Shown piece by piece: positions 14,181-24,791 of a DNA stretch of 64,000 nt; the stretch's first letter is position 1; each line of letters starts with the position of its first letter. A program made the position numbers and the translations under genes. Source of the DNA: Octopus bimaculoides (Eukaryota); the NCBI RefSeq assembly GCF_001194135.2, contig NC_068988.1, forward strand, positions 93,203,705 to 93,267,704, given 5' to 3'. Under the pieces are notes generated by a model. The model saw only the letters and a list, made by a program, of their open reading frames with translations. It did no database searches and was not told the DNA's origin.

Positions 14181-14236
14181 CTGCATGCACTTACTGCATG
14201 CACTTACTGCATGCACTTACTGCATGCACTTACTGC
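14181..14236. repeat. 13-bp tandem repeat (CTGCATGCACTTA)x4
   Basis: Four exact units plus CTGC. Confidence 0.93.
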
Positions 14237-15999
14237 TTTACAAAACTCTATATGTGATCGTTAATACAATGTGGTCCTCACAGCATTCCATGTAACTGCT
14301 CTAGACATGTGGGTGCGTACAATGTGGCACTAAGCTAGATTATTTAAAGCAGGTATTATCCAGTACATACAATCACTTACGCTGTAGTTCTATGTTCAGC
14401 CAGAGATTATTGAAGCTACTCAATCACAACCATGATAACCTTCATCACAACAAAGACAGTGACACCTGTAATCAGAACTCTTAAGCAATATAGTATTGTC
14501 CCCCCAACTTCGCTTGACAACCGATGTTGGTGTGTTTACGTCCCCGTAACTTAGCGGTTCGGCAAAAGAGACCGATAGAATAAGTACTAGGCTTCTAAAG
14601 AATAAGTCCTGGCGTTGATTTGCTCGACTAAAGGCGGTGCTCCAGCATGGCCGCAGTCAAATGACAAACAAATAAAAGAGTAACAGAATAATGTTGATGG
14701 TTATAGGTTTACACAGGGTCAAGTCACCTGACAGCTGCATTTTCAATGGCAGCAGGCTAACAAATGAATATCAGATTGAATACCACAAGGTATTTTTTGA
14801 ATGCACAAGTTTATCACTTTTGTTCTGAGCTAATGTGAATGTCTTTCAGCAAAAGATAAACACACACACACACATTATGGCATAGTACAAGCCTCTCTAA
14901 CATTAACAGGATATATAAGTACATACATGTGTGTGTGTGTGTGTGTGTGTGCATGCATGCATGTGTGTGTATATATTTATCCATGCACACACACACACCT
15001 GCTGCTCTATTGAACCGGATCTCTCGCATTTAGCTTGTCTCTGGGCTTCTTGGTTTTGCTGCTAAGATTCGTTGTGGTGTTGTGCAGGCTGCATTTGATT
15101 TAAAACTCTTGCACAGGTGTAGACAACACTTACCTGTCAACAATGGTCATGCTTGTCTAACCAGTTGACAGCCATCACACGCACACGCATACACACACAG
15201 TTAGGATGTTAAACTCACACTTTGGTTAATAATATAGTCTCCATCATTGTAATTCCTGCTCTTTGGAAGGATGGTGATTTAATTTATCAACCTATGCTAA
15301 TTAGATATTACTACATATTCTTCTTTTATATGTGTGTGAATATATGTGTATATATATGTGCGTGTTGTGTATATATGTGTATATATATATGTATATGTAT
15401 ATGTATATATACATATATGTATATATACATATATGNNNNNNNNNNNNNNNNNNNNNNNNNNNNNNNNNNNNNNNNNNNNNNNNNNNNNNNNNNNNNNNNN
15501 NNNNNNNNNNNNNNNNNNNNNNNNNNNNNNNNNNNATATGTGTATATATATGTGTATATATATATATACATATGTGTATATATATTTCATTTGAAACACA
15601 TCCCCTATAATTCTCTGAATCCTCCTATTGGCCAGTGACAAGCATAATTTTTTTTCTCGAGTGGTTTCTATGATTGTGGGTTTTTTTCTCTTTTTATCTC
15701 CATTTACTTTCAGGGTAAAGAGGATGGAAGTTACTTATGAATTGGTTTTTCACAGAATAACTTGCAGATGATGTAGCAGGAATTTCACGACTGCTGCACT
15801 ATTACGTGTCATAAATTCAAAAGTTAAATTTGCAGATGCTTTTCTTCATCATCTAATATCTGTTTTTCCATGCTGCCATGGGTTGGACAGTTTGACCAGA
15901 GCTTGCAAGCTCACTAGCTGAATCGGGTTCTACTTTGATTGGCTTTGTTTCTACAGCTGGATGCCCTTTCTAGCATCAACCACTTTGCAGTTTGCTGAG

Positions 16000-16630
16000 G
16001 ACTTTTTATGCGACACCAGTACAGGTGCCTTTTATGCGACACCAGCATGGGTGCCTTTTATACTACTCCAGCGTGGTTCACCTTTTACGCGACTCCAGCG
16101 CGGGTCGTCTTTTACGCGACTCCAGCGCGGGTCGTCTTTTACGCGACTCCAGCGCGGGTCCTCTTTTACGCGACTCCAGCGCGGGTCNNNNNNNNNNNNN
16201 NNNNNNNNNNNNNNNNNNNNNNNNNNNNNNNNNNNNNNNNNNNNNNNNNNNNNNNNNNNNNNNNNNNNNNNNNNNNNNNNNNNNNNNNNNNNNNNNNNNN
16301 NNNNNNNNNNNNNNNNNNNNNNNNNNNNNNNNNNNNNNNNNNNNNNNNNNNNNNNNNNNNNNNNNNNNNNNNNNNNNNNNNNNNNNNNNNNNNNNNNNNN
16401 NNNNNNNNNNNNNNNNNNNNNNNNNNNNNNNNNNNNNNNNNNNNNNNNNNNNNNNNNNNNNNNNNNNNNNNNNNNNNNNNNNNNNNNNNNNNNNNNNNNN
16501 NNNNNNNNNNNNNNNNNNNNNNNNNNNNNNNNNNNNNNNNNNNNNCTTTTACGCGACTCCAGCGCGGGTCGCCTTTTACGCGACTCCAGCGCGGGTCGCC
16601 TTTTACGCGACTCCAGCGCGCGTTGCCTTT
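16000..16630. repeat. 27-bp CpG-rich minisatellite (TTTTACGCGACTCCAGCGCGGGTCGYC)n spanning a gap
   Basis: Near-identical units at 16083-16187 and 16546-16630, with degenerate units at 16000-16080. Gap at 16188-16545. Confidence 0.92.
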
Positions 16631-18677
16631 TATGTAGCCTGAAATGAGTGTCTTTTACATGTTTGCCAGTACGGGTAATTTGTATGTGACGTCCAGGTGT
16701 TCTGGAACTTTCTATTTAGTGAAGACTTTACTAATTACTTTCTTTTAGTAAAAGTTACATATTCCAAACTAATTAGTAACTGCTTTATTACAGTATAGAT
16801 TACTGCTTTAGTCTTGGGACTTAAATTGTTTTTCCATGTGAGCTTTCTGAGATTCATCAGTAAGGGGTTTGAAATTTGAATCCAGATGAAATTTTACCTT
16901 TCAATGAGGGATTCGTCACCACCTCAGGTCTTGATATTTGGGAATTGTTAATGTATGGAATTTCATTCATTCACTTTTCCAGCATGAAAGAGATAGAACT
17001 GTTTAACAGACAGTCCTAGTCTGCCTGATTCCATCATTATATATGTCCATGTGATGACCTGAACTCAGAATTACCAGCTAACAAAACATTTGTGAATTAT
17101 GTGGTGCTCCTGCTACTTGCAGTCGTCAGTTATCGTTTTTCTTTTACTTGTTTTAGTTATTGGACTGCAGCAGAGGCATAGCCCGCTTCTAAAGTTAGCA
17201 AGAGTGAGCACATAAAAAAATGGTGATCCCAATCAATTTTAACCTCATTTCTGTTATATTACATGAAATATTTCGTTAGTTATAATATATATAATTGTAT
17301 TCTACACTCATAAATTTCACGTTTCAGTTACACTGCCATTACATATGAATGTTGTCTCTACTGATATGTGGATGATAATGAAACTCTTCCGGATCATTCA
17401 GTGTTGAGAAGTTATGATGTTGGGGTATGTTTTGGTTCAGACCACCAACACATCACCTGGGATTAAGCAGACAGTTCAAAGAGCATAGGAGGTTGGTCAT
17501 GGCTGCAAAATGCATTTCTTAGCAACAGAGCCATACCTGTTGTCCTTATCTGCTTCCCTGTGCAATCACACACTTTTTACATTACCAGGATGTGAAATGA
17601 CATCTGGTGACACTCTTGGTAAGTGCTAAGAACTTGTTAAGGGATTTTCATTAGATAATCCCTTATCGTATCTGCCAGATATCGGTAAGTAGTCCAAACT
17701 TATCTACTTGGGTACAGAGAATACATGAAAAAAAAAACACCAACACAAATGCTACAACAGTGTGTCTAATGCTGTGGCAGTTTCGCCAATCTTCTGCCCC
17801 AGGGTGGTACCTTATTTCATTGACCCTTGAAGGACAAAAGTCATAGTGACCCGAGAGGGATTTGTACTGGGATCGATTTGTTTCAAGGTGGTGCTCCAGC
17901 ATGGCCACAATCCAGCAACTGGAACAAATAAAACATAAAAAGATAAATGCAGTTCTACTAGTACAAAACAACAGCAAGGTTTATGGATGGAGTACCACCA
18001 CCATCACTGCCAACAACAACATTTACAATGAGGTGTCAAAGACCTCACTGAAAAACATTCAGTGAAAAAACCTGGCAATGGGATATGAATGGTTCAGTCA
18101 ATGGCAGCCCTAGTTCAATTTAGACCAGTTCACAACCAGGATCTACATTCCTCATGGGGTTCCATATAAGATTTTGTTACTAAAGTTTATGTGCAATAAA
18201 TTGGTTATGGTTCTGCAAAGCACAAAATATTTTAACAATTTTTGGTACAATTCCTGATAATATTTAATTTTAAAAATACTACAGGGCCAGCTGAACCCAT
18301 GGAAATTCCATGGTATAAGTGTCTGCATAGAGTTTCAAAAAATTCTATTGTTATCCTGCCATTTAATGAACACAATGTTTTTAAATATAATTGAAATGAA
18401 TTTTGAAGGTATGGCTTATTTACCTCCTCATAATACATTTGATAGATGTGGTGTGCTTTAAGTTTTTATCTTTTTAATTCATCTTTTTATTTCCTTAAAC
18501 TGTATTCATATATATTGATATAAAAATAATAATAATGATAATAATAATAATAATCATACAGTGCTATATTTAAGAAATGAGGAATTATTTACATTTGATG
18601 GATTTTTTTTTTTTTTTTTTTTTTCTTAAGTTTCAGCTTAGAGCTGCGGCCATGCTGATGCACCACCGTGTAAAAGA

Positions 18678-18795
18678 ATGCTTACAGCACCTAGGGTTCC
18701 CAAGCGGTCACCCATCTAAGTACTAACTAGGCTCGATGTTGCTTAACTTCGGTGATCGGACGAGAACCGGTCCTTTCAACGTGATATGGCCGTAA
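18678..18795 (-). pseudogene. 5S rRNA: Near full-length 5S rRNA retrocopy (appears to lack about 2 nt at the 5' end), part of a poly(A)-tailed chimera
   Basis: Reverse complement is TTACGGCCATATCACGTTGAAAGGACCGGTTCTCGTCCGATCACCGAAGTTAAGCAACATCGAGCCTAGTTAGTACTTAGATGGGTGACCGCTTGGGAACCCTAGGTGCTGTAAGCAT, an unmistakable 5S sequence with box A/C regions. It is followed by TCTTTT, a SINE-like tail and A22. Single copy, not in an array. Confidence 0.93.
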
Positions 18796-18963
18796 TTTGT
18801 CCACATCTTGTTTGTTGTTAACACAATGTTTCAGCTGATTTACCCTCCAGCCTTTATTATGGGCATATGGCATAGTGGTTAAGAGTGTGGGCTACTAACC
18901 CCAAGATTTTGAGTTTAATTCCAGGCAGTGACCTGAATAATAATAATAATAATAATAATGATA

Positions 18964-19817
18964 ATCATCATCATCGTCGTTTAACGTCCGCTTTCCATGC
19001 TAGCATGGGTTGGACGATTTGACTGAGGACTGGTGAAACCGGATGGCAACACCAGGCTCCAATCTAATTTGGCAGAGTTTCTACAGCTGGATGCCCTTCC
19101 TAACGCCAACCACTCAGAGAGTGTAGTGGGTGCTTTTACGTGTCACCCGCACAAAAACGGCCACGCTCGANNNNNNNNNNNNNNNNNNNNNNNNNNNNNN
19201 NNNNNNNNNNNNNNNNNNNNNNNNNNNNNNNNNNNNNNNNNNNNNNNNNNNNNNNNNNNNNNNNNNNNNNNNNNNNNNNNNNNNNNNNNNNNNNNNNNNN
19301 NNNNNNNNNNNNNNNNNNNNNNNNNNNNNNNNNNNNNNNNNNNNNNNNNNNNNNNNNNNNNNNNNNNNNNNNNNNNNNNNNNNNNNNNNNNNNNNNNNNN
19401 NNNNNNNNNNNNNNNNNNNNNNNNNNNNNNNNNNNNNNNNNNNNNNNNNNNNNNNNNNNNNNNNNNNNNNNNNNNNNNNNNNNNNNNNNNNNNNNNNNNN
19501 NNNNNNNNNNNNNNNNNNNNNNNNNNNNNNNNNNNNNNNNNNNNNNNNNNNNNNNNNNNNNNNNNNNNNNNNNNNNNNNNNNNNNNNNNNNNNNNNNNNN
19601 NNNNNNNNNNNNNNNNNNNNNNNNNNNNNNNNNNCTTCCACGGGTTCCCTCAACTGTTAGGGTGTGGCACTTTTTCACGCAGCTATCCTCATCCATTCTC
19701 ACCACATGTCCATACCAGCGCAATCGTCTCTCTTGCACGCCACAACTGATGCTTCTAATGTTCAGCTTTTCTCTCAAGATACTTACACTCTGACGGGTAT
19801 TCACATTGACATTACAC
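18964..19817 (-). mobile_element. 5'-truncated RTE LINE inserted in the (AAT)n tract of the hammerhead element
   Basis: Minus frame LREKLNIRSISCGVQERRLRWYGHVVRMDEDSCVKKC (RTE C-terminus), with the family 3' end and (GAT)n tail at about 18964-19170. Confidence 0.88.
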
Positions 19818-19877
19818 AATAATAATAATATCGAAAAATACCTTAGGAATGAGAACTCAGGTTCGAAATTTCCCCAA

Positions 19878-19923
19878 GACACCTGATGAAGGCTGGAGGG
19901 TATATCAGCCGAAACGTTGTGTT
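19878..19923 (+). ncRNA. Minimal type I hammerhead ribozyme motif (Penelope/retrozyme type), best-preserved copy
   Basis: Helix I GACAC(19878-82)/GTGTT(19919-23); core CTGATGA (19883-89); extra A; helix II GGCTG/CAGCC with a 10-nt loop; GAAA (19911-14); palindromic ACGT in place of helix III; predicted GUU cleavage after 19918. Confidence 0.78.
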
Positions 19924-20450
19924 AACAACAAACAAGATGAGGACAAATATCCGTCAAATGCAAATAAGAATCTTGATGATAACAATAACCCTTTCTATTT
20001 TAGGTATAAGGGCCTGAAATTTCAGGAGAGGAGGTAAGTCAATTACATCGACCCCACTTTTCAACTGGTACATAATTTATCAACCCTGAAAGGATGAAAG
20101 ACAAAGTCGACCATGATGGAATTTGAACTCAGAACGTAAAGATGGGCAAAATACTTACCAGCGTTTTGCCCAGCATGCTAACGACCCTGCCACCTCGCCA
20201 CATAACAACAACAACAACGATGATTTAAAATTTTGTCACAAAGCCAGCAGTTTCAAGGAAGAGAGTAAGTCAATCGCATCAACCCCAGTACGCAACTGGT
20301 ACTTAATTTATTGACCCCAAAAGGATGAAAGTCAAAGTCGACCTTGGTGGAATTTGAACTCAGAATCTAAAAATGATGGATGAAATGCTGCTAAGCATTT
20401 CTGCCTGTCGAGCTAACAATTTTGTGAGCCACTACCTCAATAATTATAAT

Positions 20451-20810
20451 GAGCACTACGAGAGTGCAAGCTTCCACCAAGGCAACACCAACGTCTTCTC
20501 AACAATTAGCCAAAGATGATCTTTAAAATGAGAATATCTGAAATAAACTCGACTGCTCTCACAAGCGAGAATACTAAAAATGAACCTGGCCACTCTCAAA
20601 AATTAAGAAAAAACAGGAAAAATAATCCAGAATCCTTGTCTGGTACCAGATCATTTGCAAAATCTAATCAGTTCATGCCAGTCATGGGGCCAAACATCCC
20701 TGAAAGTTTCGTCCGAATCCATCGGGCGGTTCTTGAGATATCTTGTCCACGGATAAACAAACAAACACAACTGAAAAACAATACCTCCGCCTTCACTAAG
20801 GCAGAGGTAA
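20451..20810 (-). mobile_element. Helentron/HINE-like non-autonomous element (related copies at 9607-9928 and 54520-54705)
   Basis: The minus-strand 5' end TTATTACCTCTGCCTTAGTGAAGGCGGAGGTATTG forms a hairpin. The 3' end has a subterminal GG(C/T)GGA(G/A)G inverted copy and a short GCACTCTC..GTGC stem. No ORF. Confidence 0.6.
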
Positions 20811-22250
20811 TAATAATAATAGTTCACTATTATTCCCTCTAGAGTCTAGTCACTCATATGATAAAACATATACAATATGCATTTTCCTCATCTGTCACTT
20901 TCCTTTCACACTCTCACGAACTTACTTACCCTCTCACATCATTTTTCTTGTCTTTTTTTTATCTGTCCTTTCACATTTTCTCACGACGATGACGACCACC
21001 ATCTATCTTTTTTTTCCGCTGGGGTAACCATGTATCTCTCTCTGCAGCAAAACATCTGTTCCTGTCCCTCTGTTATGCTCTAACCTTTCATCATCTGGCA
21101 TAAAGCCACCTCATTCAATACCACTCCCCACTCAGTTGAGGGATTTTGTCTTGCAGGTTACATAGTAACCCCACTGATGCTGGTGCCACATAAAAGGTCA
21201 CCTGGTACACTCTGAAGTGGTTGGTATTTGGAAGAGCATCCACCTGTAGAAACCATTGTCAAAAGTGGCTGTGGAGGAACTTAGTGCAGTCCCTGACATA
21301 CTAGCTCCTGCCAATTCATCAAACCCATGCCAGTTTGGAAAATGGACATTAAATGATGATAGTGATGATGATGATATAGAATAATTTTCCATTAGTCATT
21401 CCTCATGCACATTAATTAGACATCATTGTAATCAAGTCAGTATGGCCATGACCTTTGTCTTCAATTTTTTTTTTCCCAGGCTTTTTATTTTACATCATGA
21501 ACAAAACAATTATTACACCACAGTCAGACCAGGCTGTTGTGGTAGAAACCCCATAGAAATACATAGGAAATACATCCATGAGATTAACTACAAAGTAATA
21601 AAAAAGATGCCCTGAAAGTTAATGTCATCATGCCAAATAGTAAATTCAAAGGTGCTGTGTCTACTTTGTCCTATACTGTTTTTGTAAGTGTACTTTCCAA
21701 ATTCTCATGAACATGCAAACACGTCAATATAACACCTACACATTCTTATAATAGCATAAAAAAAAACCTATCCATCTGTTTTGCTTTGCTTAGCTTTGTT
21801 AGGCTTACTGTTTGTCTGTTTATTAATTTGTTTGCTTGTCTACCTATCTGTCTTCTGTCTGTCAGTCAGTGACCTGTTTTTGTCTTAGCAGTCTGCATAT
21901 GAAGACTAGCCAACAACAATACTAAATAAAGCTACTCTTATATAGTTAATGTGAAAGCATGTGGCCCAAGAGGTTAGTGTTGTGCTGACAATTGTAAGAT
22001 TCTGGTTTCAATTCTTGGACAAGGCAGCATGTTGTGTCCTTGAGTGAAGCACTTCTTTACTTTGGGTTGCTCCAGGTGCAGGAATGGCCGTATGGAAAGA
22101 AACTTGGTTCCCAAGGACATGACTCCAGGTTCAGTCCTACTGCATGACAACTTGGGCAAGTGACTTCTACTATAGCCCCAGGTTGACCAAAGCCTTCTGA
22201 GTGGATTTGGTAGATAGGAACTGAAAGAAGCCTATCGTATGTATGTATGT

Positions 22251-22544
22251 CATCCTGTCATCGCCACAGATTGAGGAAGCAGGTTAAGGAGGGGATCAAC
22301 ACTTTTGAGAGAGCACGTATCCAGCATGAAGAACTTAAGCGAGCTGCGCGAAAGCGCACGGCTCGTATAGTGAATGGGGAAAGCTTGGTCTGCAATGTTT
22401 GAAGTCATGTATGCTTGTCAAGAGCAGGTCTCATTAGCCACCAACGGAGCCGCAAATGCAAAATATAAGTTAGTCCTAGAGCTCACAATGTTCCTGAAGG
22501 TCGGCAATGGTCTTCCTCGGTCATGAGTGGACGGCCATCATCAT
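22251..22544 (+). mobile_element. 3' end of a second RTE family (BovB-like) with C-terminal Cys/His finger
   Basis: RLRKQVKEGINTFERARIQHEELKRAARKR...LVCNV*SHVCLSRAGLISHQRSRKCKI*, a short 3' UTR and a (CAT)n tail. Inserted in a (TATG)n tract. Confidence 0.7.
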
Positions 22545-22924
22545 GTAAGTATGTATGTATGTATGAATGCATGCAAACCAGCCAGCCAGCCATTGTTCAG
22601 TTTATTTCAAGATTTCTTGCCAATAGAGAAATAACTGGTTTCTAACCTAGATCCAAGGTTCCTTCATTGGAATTTCAATATCAACAACAGGGTATGTATG
22701 TATGTCTGTATGTATGTATATGCGCGCACGTGTTTGTGCTTGTTCCCCACCACTGCTCGACAACCAGTGTTGTGTTTACATCCCTGTAACATTAACAGTT
22801 TGGCAAAAGAGACCAATAGAAAGCATCAGGCTTAAAAATAAAAAGAAAAGGACGGGTTGATTCATTCGACTAAAAGTTCTTGAAGGTGGTGCCCCAGCAT
22901 GGCCACAATTTCAAAGAATTCTTT

Positions 22925-22987
22925 TTCTTCTTCTTCTCCTTCTTCTCCTTCTTCTTCTTCTTCTTCTTCTCCTTCTTCTTCTTCTTC
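22925..22987. repeat. (CTT)n microsatellite
   Basis: Directly visible. Confidence 0.95.
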
Positions 22988-24636
22988 ATTTGGCAGAATG
23001 GTTGAATGCTGGACAAAATGCCTTGCATTATTTATGTTCTGAATTCAAATTTCACCTTTCGTTCTTTTCGATTCGGTAAAATAAAGCAGCAGTCAAATAC
23101 TGAGGTCAATGCAACCAACTCCCCTCCCCACCACAAAAATTGTTGGCCCCTTGCCATTCAAATACCACCAAGGTCATCTTTGCCGTTCATCCATCTGGGG
23201 TTGATAAAACAGACACCACTTAAGTGCTAGGGTAATCCCCATACCTCAAATTTCAAGCCTTCTGCCAAAAATTGGAATCATTATTGTTATCATTATTATT
23301 ATTATTATTATTATTATGATGATTAAGGCAGTGAGCTGGCAGAATCTTCAAAACACCAGACAAAATGTTTAACTGTGTTTCGTCTGTCTTTATGCTCTAA
23401 ATTCAAATTCCACCCAGGTCAACTTTTCCTTTCATTCTTTCAGGGTCGATAAAGTACCAGTTGAACACTGGGGTCGGTGTTATCGACTAGCCCCCTTCCC
23501 CAAAATTGCTGCCCTTGTAGTAAAAGTTGAAACTATTATTATTATTATTAATGCTAGAAGTAGCAGCTACAACAACCTTCATTCACACCTTGCTATCTTA
23601 GGAAAAGACAGCCAATTGAAGCAATGAGGTTGCCTCTTTGAGATCATTCAACATACTAAAACAAGCAGCCAAATTTTACTCAAGTTACACTATTATCTTA
23701 GAAAAATACTAGTTTCCAATATTAGTTTCAAATTTGATTACATCACCCCACATACACAACTGGTATTTATTTCATCAAGCCTAAAAGGATGAAAGGCAAA
23801 TTCAATCTTAGTGGAATTTGAACTCAGAATGTAAATTTGGAAGAAATTCTTATTTCTTTACTGCCCACAAGGGGCTACACACAGAGGGAACAAACAAAGA
23901 CAGACAAACGGGGATTAAGTCGATTGTATCGACCCCAGTGAGCAACTGGTACTTATTTAATTGACCCCGAAAGGATGAAAGGCAAAGTCGACCTCGGCGG
24001 AATTTGAACTCAGAACATCACGGCAGACGAAATACCGCTAAGTATTTTGCCTGGTGTGCTAACGTTTCTGCCAGCTCACCGCCTTTTATAATGATAATAA
24101 TAATAATAATAATTAATAATCCTTTCTAGTGTAGGCACAAGGTCTGGAATTTGTGGGGAGGGAAGCTTAGCAGCTTGTGTCAATCCCAGTGTTCAACTGG
24201 TACTTATTTTATCAGTCTTGGCAGAATTTGAACCCAAAGTGTCAAGACAGGTGAAATGCCACTTAGCATTTTGACCTACAGGCTAATGATTCTGACTGCG
24301 ATAAATTACTTAACAGGGCTCTGGGTTTCCAGTGATGGTCATGGCTGGGATGCCTTTGATCATAGGTCTATTTAATCAGGGTTGACCTGGGGCTAAGCAA
24401 CAACAAGAAAAACAACAACTAAAGATAAAGATAAGAAAAAAAAACATTTTGAAGGGTGGTAAGCTGTTTTCTTTATTATTTGTTTTTACTTTTTATCAAT
24501 CCTAAAAACAACAACAGAATACTTGTTTATTGTTGAAACATCTTAAAAAGTGAATAGACATTTTTAAGATATTTTCTCGTCTGTTTTGATCAGAAAGGAG
24601 TTTGTTGTGCAGTCTTGGTTTACAATAGTCTGCATC

Positions 24637-24791
24637 TTAAGTCCAATTGTTCTCTGTAATCAGCGAGACAATAGGATCTCTGTGTCCCACGTCAGTAGGA
24701 TAAACATGTGTGTAAGAGTATTTCTGCTTGAGTTGATGTGAGTATTGTGTAACCACCTCAGCTGATACAAATTGATCCAATGACTGCTTAT
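24637..24791 (-). CDS. Candidate terminal coding exon (..KQSLDQFVSAEVVTQYSHQLKQKYSYTHVYPTDVGHRDPIVSLITENNWT*), product unknown
   Basis: Tandem cag acceptors (exon start 24791 or 24783) and an open frame to TAA at 24637-24639. AATAAA lies at 24526-24531 (-), followed by a GT/T-rich tract. Confidence 0.4.

Larger units (their letters stand above)
18557..19967. mobile_element. tRNA-headed hammerhead-bearing short element: inverted partial copy (18557-18854) plus forward copy (about 18859-19967), split by 5S-chimera and RTE insertions
   Basis: Forward copy: tRNA-like head with A box TGGCATAGTGG and B-box-like GAGTTTAATTCC, then (AAT)n, then after the RTE insert ATCGAAAAATACCTTAGGAATGAGAAC...hammerhead...GATGAGGACAAATATCCGTCAAATG. 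The left part is the reverse complement of that tail. Confidence 0.75.

Noticed and set aside
13289-15641. Low-complexity ORFs (CVCV, YIYI, THTH)
   Set aside because: These are translations of (TG)n/(TA)n microsatellites and SINE sequence. The same applies at 26.0-26.6, 50.9-51.3 and 62.6-63.8 kb.
16000-16630. CRISPR-like appearance of the 27-bp and 115-bp arrays
   Set aside because: The units are contiguous with no unique spacers, there are no cas genes, and the context is eukaryotic.
17334-17424. In-frame TGA (..CCLY*YVDD..) suggesting selenocysteine; a similar case at about 35890-35945 (-)
   Set aside because: No selenoprotein family resemblance and no SECIS seen; simple non-coding stops are more likely.
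17334-18395. Plus-strand exon chain (17589-17618 GCEMTSGDTL, 6-nt ATATCG micro-exon, 18291-18395 GPAEPMEIPWYK...)
   Set aside because: The splice sites are good and the phases fit, but there is no recognisable homology, upstream exon or poly(A) site. Such chains arise by chance in AT-rich DNA.
18678-18795. Functional 5S rRNA gene
   Set aside because: It is a single copy lacking its first bases, is poly(A)-tailed, and is inserted inside another repeat, so it is treated as a retrocopy.
18859-18935. Functional tRNA gene (anticodon-like ACT)
   Set aside because: The acceptor stem does not close, the B box is degenerate, and it runs straight into (AAT)n and the element body. It is a SINE head. 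The same applies to the other tRNA-like heads.
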